From: Prevotellaceae bacterium
Lineage (GTDB): Bacteria; Bacteroidota; Bacteroidia; Bacteroidales; UBA932
Direction: 5' to 3'
Length of the DNA: 52,641 bases
Assembly (NCBI GenBank): GCA_031255755.1
Contig: JAIRRX010000023.1
Location: 1 to 52,641, forward strand
The notes under the pieces were generated by a model, which saw nothing but the letters and a program-made list of their open reading frames with translations, had not been told where the DNA came from and did no database searches. Every line of letters begins with the position of its first letter. The first letter of the stretch is position 1. This document shows positions 9,413 through 18,150 of the stretch, piece after piece. The position numbers were made by a program, and so were the translations under genes.

Positions 9413-9883
9413 TTACAGTTTTCTGTTGATATATTCCGAATAATCCCAAATCACAGGTTTATATGAACGTTCCATAATTGATGAAGATATTACAAAATCA
9501 GCCGTTGAGCGGTTACATGCAGTAGGAATATTATACAAACTTGAAATACGTAACAGCGCTTTTACATCAACGTCATGCGGTTGCGGCTGCATAGGATCCC
9601 AAAGAAAAATAAGAACATCAATTTTACCTTCAACAATCATCGCTCCCAACTGCTGGTCGCCGCCAAGAGGACCTGATTTTAATCTGGTCATTGTTATGTT
9701 TTTAAATTCATCGGCAGAAAGTCGTTTTTGCAAACATTCTTCAATCAGGCGTCCTGTTGTACCGGTGCAAACAAGATTATGTTTTATAAGCGTTTTATGA
9801 TTAAAATCAACCCATTCGATAATATCTTTTTTGCGGTTGTCGTGAGCAACAAGGGCTATCGTTTTTTTTTCTTTCATATCCAT
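9413..9883 (-). CDS. mgsA: Methylglyoxal synthase
   Basis: 156 aa. IALVAHDNRK, CTGTTG and LWDP motifs are typical of MgsA. Confidence 0.9.
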   Translation of the reverse strand: MDMKEKKTIALVAHDNRKKDIIEWVDFNHKTLIKHNLVCTGTTGRLIEECLQKRLSADEFKNITMTRLKSGPLGGDQQLGAMIVEGKIDVLIFLWDPMQPQPHDVDVKALLRISSLYNIPTACNRSTADFVISSSIMERSYKPVIWDYSEYINRKL

Positions 9884-9938
9884 TATATTTAAGGTTTCAA
9901 AATACTTTAAGCATCATTTTTGCCGTATTTAACTATTA

Positions 9939-9946
9939 CAAAATTA
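9939..9946 (-). promoter_or_regulatory. -7 promoter box TAatTTTG for mgsA
   Basis: Plus strand reads CAAAATTA. Lies 56 nt upstream of the ATG at 9883. Confidence 0.4.
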
Positions 9947-9986
9947 CAACTTTTTTTGACATACAACTATTCATTGATAATAATTT

Positions 9987-10059
9987 AATCGGGTTTCTAA
10001 TTTCCGTCCAATCGGATTGTTATTATTTAAAATCCGACAGGATTTCGTCTAATCGGATT
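9987..10059. promoter_or_regulatory. Phased array of four AATCGGATT-like boxes upstream of mgsA
   Basis: AATCGGGTT 9987-9995, AATCGGATT 10010-10018, inverted AATCCGAC 10031-10038, AATCGGATT 10051-10059. Centre spacing is about 23, 20.5 and 20.5 bp. Boxes 2 and 4 sit in longer direct repeats ATTTCCGTCCAATCGGATT and ATTTCGTCTAATCGGATT. Confidence 0.45.
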
Positions 10060-10215
10060 ATTTTTTATTAGTTTCAATAGTTACCTTTAAATAACTATGT
10101 ATTTATATTATTACATCTAAATTCACATTCGTGTAAGCGCAAATAAAATTTTAGATGACATGCTTTGATTGCTCAAAAAAACAAATTTGTACTGCCATTT
10201 AAACAATTTATTATA

Positions 10216-11607
10216 TCATTTTTCCAAATATTTCAGCACTTTTCCGCTTATTTGCAAAAGAGATATTTCGCAAAGTTTTGTATCGTATTGCGCCGATAAT
10301 ATACGTTCTTCGGCATCAAGAAGATTTTTTTGCGCTTCACGCATTTCAATTCCGGAAAGGTCGCCGAGCATGTATCTGTCCATTGCTATTTCGTGATTTT
10401 GCTTTGCAGCAATAAGATTTTCGTGTTCGAGTTTTAGCATGTCAATATTGTTTAAATATGCCTGCCACAAATTGGTAATATCTGCTCGCAAAGACTGTTC
10501 GAGTTGCGTACGCTGTAAACGTGCGTTTTCTATTTCAATACGCGCATTTTTTTGTTGACTTCGCCGCGTGCCGTCAAAAATGTTTATGCCTAATGTAAGT
10601 CCAAAATCCAAACCTGCAACCTGACGTTGGCGATATGCATTGGTTTCGTATCTGTTAAATGTGTATCCATAACCCGAATTTAATCGTAAATATGGATATT
10701 TGCGTGAATTTACTGATTTCATATTTAACTGTGCAAGCGTTACGTTTCGTTCCGACTTCAACAATTCGGCATTTGTTTGCAGCGTTGATTCCCACAAATC
10801 ATCAAAAATCAATAATTCATCAACATCTATTATGGAGTCAATAATTTCAATATTCTTATCAACATCATCATTTGCCATTAATTCGTTTATACGGATACGC
10901 GAAGTATGCAACAATTCGTGCTGTTTCACATATTTTGAACTGTCGGCGTTAAAATCCACGCGAGCCTGTTGTAAATCCAGCCGCGACATATTTCCTATAA
11001 GATAACGTGCTTCTACAATTCTCAACCGTTCCTTTGAAAGCGAAACCGCATAGCGAAAATTATTTATACGTATTTTTTGCTGAATATAATTGTAATATTC
11101 GGCAGTAAAATTTGCAATAAAATCTTCAATTGTAATACGTGTATTTACTTCGCCTATTGCTTCAAGTTCTTTCAGGCGTTTATAATTTGTTGTAATGTTA
11201 AAACCGTCAAAGATAGTCCAGTTAAGCGATAATCCTGCGTTAAATGTATTATCAAATACTCCTGTGCTTTTTTCTGTTTCGTTTGTAGTTCTGACGGTTG
11301 ATTTCGTGTCGTTAACAGTTCCGGAATATCTGCCCGACAAATCTACTGTCGGATAATATCCTGCATTGGCTTTTGTTGCGCTGTTTTTATTGATTTGCTG
11401 TTCGTTTTTTGAAATACGTATCGAATAATTATTTTCCAAGCCGTATTCCAGACAGGATTTTAATGTATAAACGTTTTGAGCGTACAGCGTACACGACATT
11501 GCAAGAATTGCTGTTATCAGCAATATTTTTTTTGCGCTTTCGCAGATGGTTATTTGTATGTAACTCGAAGCGGTAACTTTGATATTCGGCTTTAATCTAT
11601 TCTTCAT
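10216..11607 (-). CDS. TolC-family outer membrane efflux protein of the RND pump
   Basis: 463 aa. Two-repeat OEP architecture. Overlaps the RND permease stop by 11 nt. Confidence 0.8.
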   Translation of the reverse strand: MKNRLKPNIKVTASSYIQITICESAKKILLITAILAMSCTLYAQNVYTLKSCLEYGLENNYSIRISKNEQQINKNSATKANAGYYPTVDLSGRYSGTVNDTKSTVRTTNETEKSTGVFDNTFNAGLSLNWTIFDGFNITTNYKRLKELEAIGEVNTRITIEDFIANFTAEYYNYIQQKIRINNFRYAVSLSKERLRIVEARYLIGNMSRLDLQQARVDFNADSSKYVKQHELLHTSRIRINELMANDDVDKNIEIIDSIIDVDELLIFDDLWESTLQTNAELLKSERNVTLAQLNMKSVNSRKYPYLRLNSGYGYTFNRYETNAYRQRQVAGLDFGLTLGINIFDGTRRSQQKNARIEIENARLQRTQLEQSLRADITNLWQAYLNNIDMLKLEHENLIAAKQNHEIAMDRYMLGDLSGIEMREAQKNLLDAEERILSAQYDTKLCEISLLQISGKVLKYLEK

Positions 11608-14600
11608 TTTTATTATCTTTTTTCTTGTTTCTGTTAGTCGAAATATAACTGTACATCACAGGCACTACATACATTGTGAGTAATGTTGCCACCAACATTC
11701 CGCCTATAACCGAGATGCCCATTGCAATTTGACCGTTACGACCTTCGCCTGTTGCAAATGCCAAAGGCACAAGCCCAAGAATTGTTGATGCGCTTGTCAT
11801 AAGAATAGGGCGTAAGCGTTGAAGCGAGGCATCGCGAATGGCTGTTGCTTTGTCAATGCCTGCGTCCTGTTTTTGATTTGCAAATTCAACAATTAGAATA
11901 CCGTTTTTAGCAACCAGCCCTATTAACATTATTATTCCTATCTGACTGTATATATTCATTGTTATATCGTTGAAATACATGAATGTCAATGCGCCTGCAA
12001 CAGCCAGCGGAACAGCAAACATTATTATAAGCGGATCTTTGAAACTTTCAAACTGCGCCGCTAATACAAGATAAATGAAAATTATAGCAAGAATAAATGC
12101 AAACATCAAACTTGAAGAACTTTCTTTGAAATCTTTTGAATCACCCGACAATGCCGTACGAAAAGTATCGTCAAGCGTTTCTTTTGCTATTCTGTCCATC
12201 TCGTCTAATCCTTCTCCTATTGTGCGTCCCGGCGCAAGCCCCGATGAAATCGTTGCCGACACAAAACGGTTATATCTGTATAAACGCGGCGGTGCAATTC
12301 CTTCCGACAGTTCAACAAGATTATCAAGTTGAATCATTTCACCTTTATCGCTGCGCACATATATTGATTTTAAATCGGCGGGCTTATTTCGCTGTTGACG
12401 GTTTATTTCTCCAAGAATTTCATACTGTTTGCCGTTCATGTAAAAATATCCCATTCGTTGCCCACTGAGTGCATATTGCAGTGTTTGCGCGATATTACGA
12501 GTACTGACACCCATAACGCTTGCCTTTTCCCTATTAATAGTTATGCGCGTTTCAGGTTTATTAAATTTCAGATTGACATCCGCCATTTGAAATATCGGAT
12601 TGTCCTGAATTTTTGCCAGAAATTCGGGGATAACATTTTGCAGTTTATCAATATTTGTTGCCTGAATAACATACTGAACAGGCATTGCTCCTCTCCGTCC
12701 GCCGAATGTTGTTTGCTGTTGAACAAATGCGCGTGCTTTTGTTTTAGTTCTTACCGCCTGAGAAAGTTTTTCGGCTACTTCCATTTGCGTATAATTGCGC
12801 TGTTTTATATCATCCAAAACAATTCTGATGTTTCCGCTTCCGCTGCTTACACGCGCCTGAACGGATTTTGCCTGAGGAAAAACGGTATCAACCAACGATG
12901 CAATATCTTCGGTATAGTCGCGAATATATTCGTATGTTATACCTTCGGCTCCGCGTGTATTGATGCTTATTTGCGAACGGTCTTCCAGGGGTGCCATCTC
13001 CGCAGGAATTTTAGTCCACAAAAATATTATTGCAACTACGGTGAATGCAACTATTAAAATTGATATTAACCGATTTTTAAGAAATGATACAAGAGATTTT
13101 CTGTATATGCGGTTCAATCCTTCAAAAAACGGTTCTGTTTTTGCGTAAAGCCAATTTTTCTTTTCACGCCTTACAAGAAGTTTTGTTGCAATCATAGGCG
13201 TAAATGTCAGAGCCACAAATGACGATATAATAACCGACCCCGAAACTACTATGCTAAATTCTCGAAATAATCTGCCTGTCATGCCTTCCATAAATACGAT
13301 AGGAAAAAATACCGACACAAGAGTTATTGTTGTTGAAATGATAGCAAAAAATATTTCTTTTGCTCCCTGAACTCCTGCTTCAAACGGCGATGTTCCCTTT
13401 TCTACACGTATATATATGTTTTCTGTCATAACTATGGCATCATCAACCACAAGTCCTATTGCAAGCACAATAGCAAGCATTGACAGCACATTTATCGAAA
13501 ATCCTGCAAGATACATTACGAAAAAAGCTCCTACAAGCGATACAGGTATTACGATACACGGAATTAAAGTTACGCGCCAGTCGCGAAGAAAGATAAATAT
13601 TATAAATATCACCAGAATAAATGCAATATAAATTGTTTCTTTTACTCCATCAATCGAAGCTCGGATAAATCTTGTATTGTCAAATCCGTATGTATATGTA
13701 ATATCTTCCGGAAGATCCTTTTCCATCATTTTCATTCTGTCGTAAACGGCATCTGCAATTTCAATATGATTTGCTCCCGGCTGAGGCGTAACTACAACGC
13801 CAACCATAGGAATACCATCCATTTTCATGTAACTGCGAATATCCTGAGGACCAAGTTCGGCACGACCAATATCGCGAAAACGTACAATGCGTGAATTATC
13901 TTCTTTGACAATCAAATTATTAAATTCTTCAGTCGTATGCATCAATCCCATTGTGCGAATGGCAAGTTCGGTAGTGTTTCCTTCTATACTTCCCGAAGGC
14001 AGTTCTACATTTTCACGTTCTATTGCGCTTCGTACATCAAGAGGCGTAATGCCATAACCCGACATTTTTATAGGGTCAAGCCAAAGACGCATCGAATAAC
14101 GTTTTTCTCCCCAAATCGAAACACTGCTCACGTCAGAAATTGTTTGCAACTGTTCCTTAACCGTAAGGTCGGCTATTTCGCTCAATTCAAGCAATGAACG
14201 TTTATCTGTTCTGAGAGCAACCATCAGGATGGGCATGGCATCGGCATCTGCTTTGGTTACTATTGGCGGGTCGCAATCTCGAGGAAGAAAGCGTTGGGCG
14301 CGTGAAACTTTATCACGCACATCATTAGCCGCCGTTTCCAAATCTACCGAAAGCTCAAATTCTACAATAATATTACTGAAACCCTGACTGCTTACGCTTG
14401 AAAGCGAACGTATTCCGGGAATTCCATTGATGTTTTGTTCCAAAGGTTCGGTAATTTGATTTTCGATAACATCGGCATTTGCACCCGGATATGATGTTGA
14501 TACGGAAATTATTGGATTGTCAACCGAAGGATATTCACGGACGCCTAAATAAGTATAACCAATGATACCAAAAAGAATAATAGCAAGGGTTAATACTGTT

Positions 14601-14641
14601 GACAATACAGGACGGCGTATGCTAAGTTCTGATATGTTCAT
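11597..14641 (-). CDS. RND efflux transporter permease (AcrB/HAE1 family)
   Basis: 1014 aa. N-terminus SIRRPVLSTVLTL and a 12-TM plus two-large-loop layout with conserved VVDDAIV. Confidence 0.95.
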   Translation of the reverse strand: MNISELSIRRPVLSTVLTLAIILFGIIGYTYLGVREYPSVDNPIISVSTSYPGANADVIENQITEPLEQNINGIPGIRSLSSVSSQGFSNIIVEFELSVDLETAANDVRDKVSRAQRFLPRDCDPPIVTKADADAMPILMVALRTDKRSLLELSEIADLTVKEQLQTISDVSSVSIWGEKRYSMRLWLDPIKMSGYGITPLDVRSAIERENVELPSGSIEGNTTELAIRTMGLMHTTEEFNNLIVKEDNSRIVRFRDIGRAELGPQDIRSYMKMDGIPMVGVVVTPQPGANHIEIADAVYDRMKMMEKDLPEDITYTYGFDNTRFIRASIDGVKETIYIAFILVIFIIFIFLRDWRVTLIPCIVIPVSLVGAFFVMYLAGFSINVLSMLAIVLAIGLVVDDAIVMTENIYIRVEKGTSPFEAGVQGAKEIFFAIISTTITLVSVFFPIVFMEGMTGRLFREFSIVVSGSVIISSFVALTFTPMIATKLLVRREKKNWLYAKTEPFFEGLNRIYRKSLVSFLKNRLISILIVAFTVVAIIFLWTKIPAEMAPLEDRSQISINTRGAEGITYEYIRDYTEDIASLVDTVFPQAKSVQARVSSGSGNIRIVLDDIKQRNYTQMEVAEKLSQAVRTKTKARAFVQQQTTFGGRRGAMPVQYVIQATNIDKLQNVIPEFLAKIQDNPIFQMADVNLKFNKPETRITINREKASVMGVSTRNIAQTLQYALSGQRMGYFYMNGKQYEILGEINRQQRNKPADLKSIYVRSDKGEMIQLDNLVELSEGIAPPRLYRYNRFVSATISSGLAPGRTIGEGLDEMDRIAKETLDDTFRTALSGDSKDFKESSSSLMFAFILAIIFIYLVLAAQFESFKDPLIIMFAVPLAVAGALTFMYFNDITMNIYSQIGIIMLIGLVAKNGILIVEFANQKQDAGIDKATAIRDASLQRLRPILMTSASTILGLVPLAFATGEGRNGQIAMGISVIGGMLVATLLTMYVVPVMYSYISTNRNKKKDNKNEE

Positions 14642-14675
14642 AATATTGTTTGGTTATAAACTGATATTGAATTTA

Positions 14676-15806
14676 TTAATTTACATTTACAAATTTTCCG
14701 AGTCTGGTATCTGTTTTCAACGAATCAATATTGTCGAGTTTCACAGGCAGTCCTGTACGCAGTTGTAAAGTTCCCGATATTATAAGCGTGTCGCCTATGT
14801 TTAAGCCGCTTAATATTTGTACGTTTGCATCTGTACGCAAGCCTTTTTGCACTTCAACAGGTTGAGATTTTCCCGATTTATACAAAAAAACTTTATCAAC
14901 TCCCATTTCAGGAACTATTGATTCTGTCGGAATTACTATTGCGTTATTAATTTCTCGTTGTTGCAGTTGTATTCTAACAAATCGTCCGGGCGACAGTTCC
15001 TGTCGCAGATTAGGATAAAGTGCGCGCGCTTTGAGCGAAAATGTTTCTGCATCAACCTGAGATTCGGTTGCATAAATCGAAGCATTATACATTTCCATAC
15101 TGCCATCTACTGTAAAACTGAGGCGAGTACCTTTGTGTATGTCAGAAGCATAACGTTCATTTACAGAAAATTCAATCTTAAGCGGCGAAAGTTTGGTTAA
15201 TTTTGCTATAACAGTGCTTGGAGATGCGTAAGAGCCTTCACTTATCTGACGCAATCCGATAATACCGTCAAAAGGAGCGCGAAGTTCGGTTTGTCTAATA
15301 TTTGCCTTTACAAGTTCTATATCAGCATTTAACGTAGCAAGTTCGGTTTTTACCTGTTCGAGCGCTTCTTTGCTCACAGCATCTTTTTCAAGCAGTGTGC
15401 TTTGCCTTGATACTCTGTCTTCTGCAAGTTGAACTTGGGCTTCGAGTTTTTTCAGTTGTGCCTGAAGCGGTTCGTCGTTCACTTTTGCCAGCAGTTGACC
15501 TTTAATGACCGAAGAACCTTCGATAAAATGAACTTTCACAATTTTACCGGAAGTTTCAAACGACAGATTAACTTCTTCGTCCGGAATAAGTCGCCCGTTG
15601 ATATATATATCATCGCTCAACGACTGTTCCTTTATTATCAGTCCGTTGATATTAAGCGGCTTCCCTCCTTCCGACATTCTTTGTGTAACAACATCATTGT
15701 TATTACTTTTTACATTGACGCTTTCCGACAATATTTTATAAATACCCCAACAAGCAACCAAGCAAACAGGAATGATAATAATCATCCTTTTTTTAATCTT
15801 ATTCAT
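14676..15806 (-). CDS. RND efflux periplasmic adaptor (membrane fusion protein)
   Basis: Coiled-coil hairpin flanked by lipoyl and beta-barrel segments. The ORF-track start at 15815 is a TTG, and the ATG at 15806 is preferred. Confidence 0.85.
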   Translation of the reverse strand: MNKIKKRMIIIIPVCLVACWGIYKILSESVNVKSNNNDVVTQRMSEGGKPLNINGLIIKEQSLSDDIYINGRLIPDEEVNLSFETSGKIVKVHFIEGSSVIKGQLLAKVNDEPLQAQLKKLEAQVQLAEDRVSRQSTLLEKDAVSKEALEQVKTELATLNADIELVKANIRQTELRAPFDGIIGLRQISEGSYASPSTVIAKLTKLSPLKIEFSVNERYASDIHKGTRLSFTVDGSMEMYNASIYATESQVDAETFSLKARALYPNLRQELSPGRFVRIQLQQREINNAIVIPTESIVPEMGVDKVFLYKSGKSQPVEVQKGLRTDANVQILSGLNIGDTLIISGTLQLRTGLPVKLDNIDSLKTDTRLGKFVNVN

Positions 15807-15826
15807 AGCGCACAAAAAAAATTAAA

Positions 15827-15834
15827 CAAAATTA
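15827..15834 (-). promoter_or_regulatory. -7 promoter box TAatTTTG for the RND efflux operon
   Basis: Plus strand reads CAAAATTA. Lies 21 nt upstream of the ATG at 15806. Confidence 0.5.
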
Positions 15835-15925
15835 TCCTTTATGGTTTGAGTGCATTTATATCAAAAGGTTTAAAATATGTGATAAAATAATTTGAAAATT
15901 ATAAATGAATTTTGGCATTACAGAT

Positions 15926-15961
15926 AGCAACCGCATAACAATTAAGCTCATAATGCAATCC
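15926..15961 (+). repeat. Possible degenerate remnant of the repeat family
   Basis: AGCAACCGCATAAC (15926-15939) is identical to 46204-46217, and GCAATCC (15955-15961) matches the right-hand box. The middle is AT-rich and unrelated. Confidence 0.3.
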
Positions 15962-16204
15962 GACAAATAAAAAAATTGTTTAATATTATTATGTCAAAAG
16001 TCATTTTGAAAAATTGATAAATACGCATGTAATATTTTTATAATTAAATAATTACAATACAAATTTTTATTTATTACTAATTTACAAATTAATACTTAGT
16101 TAATTTGAATATATCTTTTAAAATTTATATCTCTTCAAACTCAATACCCAAGCCGATTTAACATTTTTTATGAAATATTATTTGCAAATTCAAAAAATAT
16201 GCTC

Positions 16205-16212
16205 TACTTTTG
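16205..16212 (+). promoter_or_regulatory. -7 promoter box TActTTTG for blaI-blaR1
   Basis: Lies 28 nt upstream of the ATG at 16240. Confidence 0.55.
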
Positions 16213-16238
16213 TAGAACTAATTTTAATTTCGTAGAAC
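16212..16238 (+). promoter_or_regulatory. Direct repeat GTAGAAC-N13-GTAGAAC between the blaI -7 box and its start codon (candidate operator)
   Basis: GTAGAAC at 16212-16218 and 16232-16238, starts 20 bp apart. The first copy abuts TActTTTG and the second ends 1 nt before the ATG. Confidence 0.35.
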
Positions 16239-16239
16239 A

Positions 16240-16611
16240 ATGAAACTGTCAACAGCAGAAGAACAATTAATGGAAATAATATGGAAACATGAAAAAGTGT
16301 TTATGAAAGATATTATTGATAATTATCCAGAACCTAAACCCGCAGTAACAACAATCGCCACTTTTTTGAAAAGGATGCAAAACAAAGGCGTAATTTCTTA
16401 TAATTTATTCGGCAATTCGCGGCAATATTATTCGCTTATTAACAAAGAAGATTATTTTACAAATCATGTAAATCAAATTATTAAGGATTTTTTCGACAAT
16501 TCAACTATACAATTTGCATCGTTTTTTACAACTGCCGGAAATCTATCAACAAAAGAACTTGAAGATTTGAAAAAAATTATAGAAAAAGAAATTAAACGTA
16601 AAACACAATGA
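16240..16611 (+). CDS. BlaI/MecI/CopY-family transcriptional repressor
   Basis: 123 aa. Winged-helix N-terminus (LSTAEEQLMEIIW...) and a 4-nt overlap with a downstream M56 sensor gene. Confidence 0.8.
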   Translation: MKLSTAEEQLMEIIWKHEKVFMKDIIDNYPEPKPAVTTIATFLKRMQNKGVISYNLFGNSRQYYSLINKEDYFTNHVNQIIKDFFDNSTIQFASFFTTAGNLSTKELEDLKKIIEKEIKRKTQ

Positions 16612-17948
16612 TATTTTATCTTATAAATATGACATTATGTGCAGGTTTGATGTATCTGATATATTTTCTTTTATTTGAAAATGAAACCATACATCAATTC
16701 AAACGGATATATTTACCTGCAAGTTTGATATTTTCAATTATCATTCCGCTTGTAAACATAGATATATTTATACCGTTTATTTCGGAAAGTTTGAAACAAT
16801 TCTACGCATATTTATATGCTGTGCAAAGTGTTGAAATTGAAATATCAGCGGAAAATTTTATTATTCCTGTTCAGGAAACTGTAACAACTAATTCCATAAG
16901 TTGGCAAACAATAGTTATTTTGTTGTATGTACTTGTTACTCTATTGTTTATTTTTAGATTGATACGAAACATTTCAAAAATAATTTTATCAACAAAAGGT
17001 AAAGATTATATCAAATATGCAAACGCCAAAATAATTTTAATCGAAGAAAAATCAATTCCTTACAGTTTCGGTAACTGCATATTTTTGAATAAAGAAAATT
17101 ATGTTAAAGGAAATATTCAGGACGAAATTATCATTCACGAATATGAACATGTAAAACAAAAACATTCAACAGATATTATTTTTATAGAATTGCTGATTGC
17201 AATATTTTGGTTCAATCCGATTTTTTATTTATATCGAAAGAAAATCAAACAAAACCATGAATTTATCGCAGATAACGCAGTTATAAATATTAAACAAAAC
17301 ATTCCTCATTATCAGGCATTACTGCTTGATAATACATGCGAAGAAACAAAAATGGAACTTGTTATAAAGTTCAGTTATTATTTAAATACAAAAAACAGAT
17401 TTATCATGATGGCAAAATCAACATCCAAAGTAAGGGCAATATGTGCAAAATTTGCATTGATTCCCGTAGTTTTAGTTGCAATATGTATTTTTTCTTCAAA
17501 AACAATTGCACAAAGTGTAAAAAATATTCTTCCGCAACAGGAAAGCGGAAATGTAGCAGTCGATTCAATCCAAAATAAGCAGATTGAATCTACACCCATA
17601 GACATAGACTTGAATGACACACCGGATGAGGCAGTTCCGTTTGCATTGGCTGATGTAAAACCGAAATTTCAGGGAGGCGACCAAAATACATTTAGCAGAT
17701 GGGTTAATTCAAAAATCAAATATCCGGAAGCGGCATTGAAAGATTCAATTCAAGGAAAAGTTATGCTTCAATTCACAATTGACAAAAACGGACAGATGAA
17801 AAACGTAAAAGTTGTAAGGAAAGCGCATCCTGTTCTTGACAACGAGGCTGTATCCGTAGTAAAATCTTCACCTGCGTGGACTCCCGGAAAACTGAAAAAC
17901 AAACCAGTGGATATAGTTGTCCATTTTCCTGTAGTTTTTCAAATGTAG
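16608..17948 (+). CDS. BlaR1-like M56 peptidase sensor fused to a TonB C-terminal domain
   Basis: 446 aa. TM helices, zinc motif HEYEHVKQKH, a later TM, then a C-terminal TonB_C-like domain (PKFQGGDQNTFSRWV...GKVMLQFTIDKNGQ...). Confidence 0.8.
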   Translation: MIFYLINMTLCAGLMYLIYFLLFENETIHQFKRIYLPASLIFSIIIPLVNIDIFIPFISESLKQFYAYLYAVQSVEIEISAENFIIPVQETVTTNSISWQTIVILLYVLVTLLFIFRLIRNISKIILSTKGKDYIKYANAKIILIEEKSIPYSFGNCIFLNKENYVKGNIQDEIIIHEYEHVKQKHSTDIIFIELLIAIFWFNPIFYLYRKKIKQNHEFIADNAVINIKQNIPHYQALLLDNTCEETKMELVIKFSYYLNTKNRFIMMAKSTSKVRAICAKFALIPVVLVAICIFSSKTIAQSVKNILPQQESGNVAVDSIQNKQIESTPIDIDLNDTPDEAVPFALADVKPKFQGGDQNTFSRWVNSKIKYPEAALKDSIQGKVMLQFTIDKNGQMKNVKVVRKAHPVLDNEAVSVVKSSPAWTPGKLKNKPVDIVVHFPVVFQM

Positions 17949-18119
17949 TCAGATGTTAAAGGCAAAGAACGTACGTTTAATGTAATACAAGAGATTAACG
18001 AGATAAAATAATACGCTTTATTGCTTTTTGATTAGCATATTTCGGTTGTTTTTAGATATTTTTATACTGTCTAATGATAACGCATATTACATTATTTTTC
18101 ATTTTACACATAAATTATA

Positions 18120-18127
18120 TACTTTTG
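18120..18127 (+). promoter_or_regulatory. -7 promoter box TActTTTG for the ABC-F gene
   Basis: Lies 24 nt upstream of the TTG start at 18151. Confidence 0.55.
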
Positions 18128-18150
18128 CTGTAAAATTTGAAATTTAAAAC

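Noticed and set aside
12395-13057. A 220-aa antisense ORF inside the RND permease. Similar antisense ORFs lie at 5114-5638 (lysA), 39357-39806 (prs), 37575-38027 (tnaA) and 46308-46694 (DUF5606-like gene).
   Set aside because: All sit inside genes with strong family motifs on the other strand. Their translations are Cys/Phe/Ile/Arg-rich nonsense without motifs.
15816-16239. The 424-bp AT-rich spacer between the RND operon and blaI, considered as a hidden gene or sRNA locus
   Set aside because: It has no ORF of meaningful length and no stable hairpins. Only the two outward promoter boxes and the weak repeat remnant are visible. Nothing further can be supported from sequence alone.
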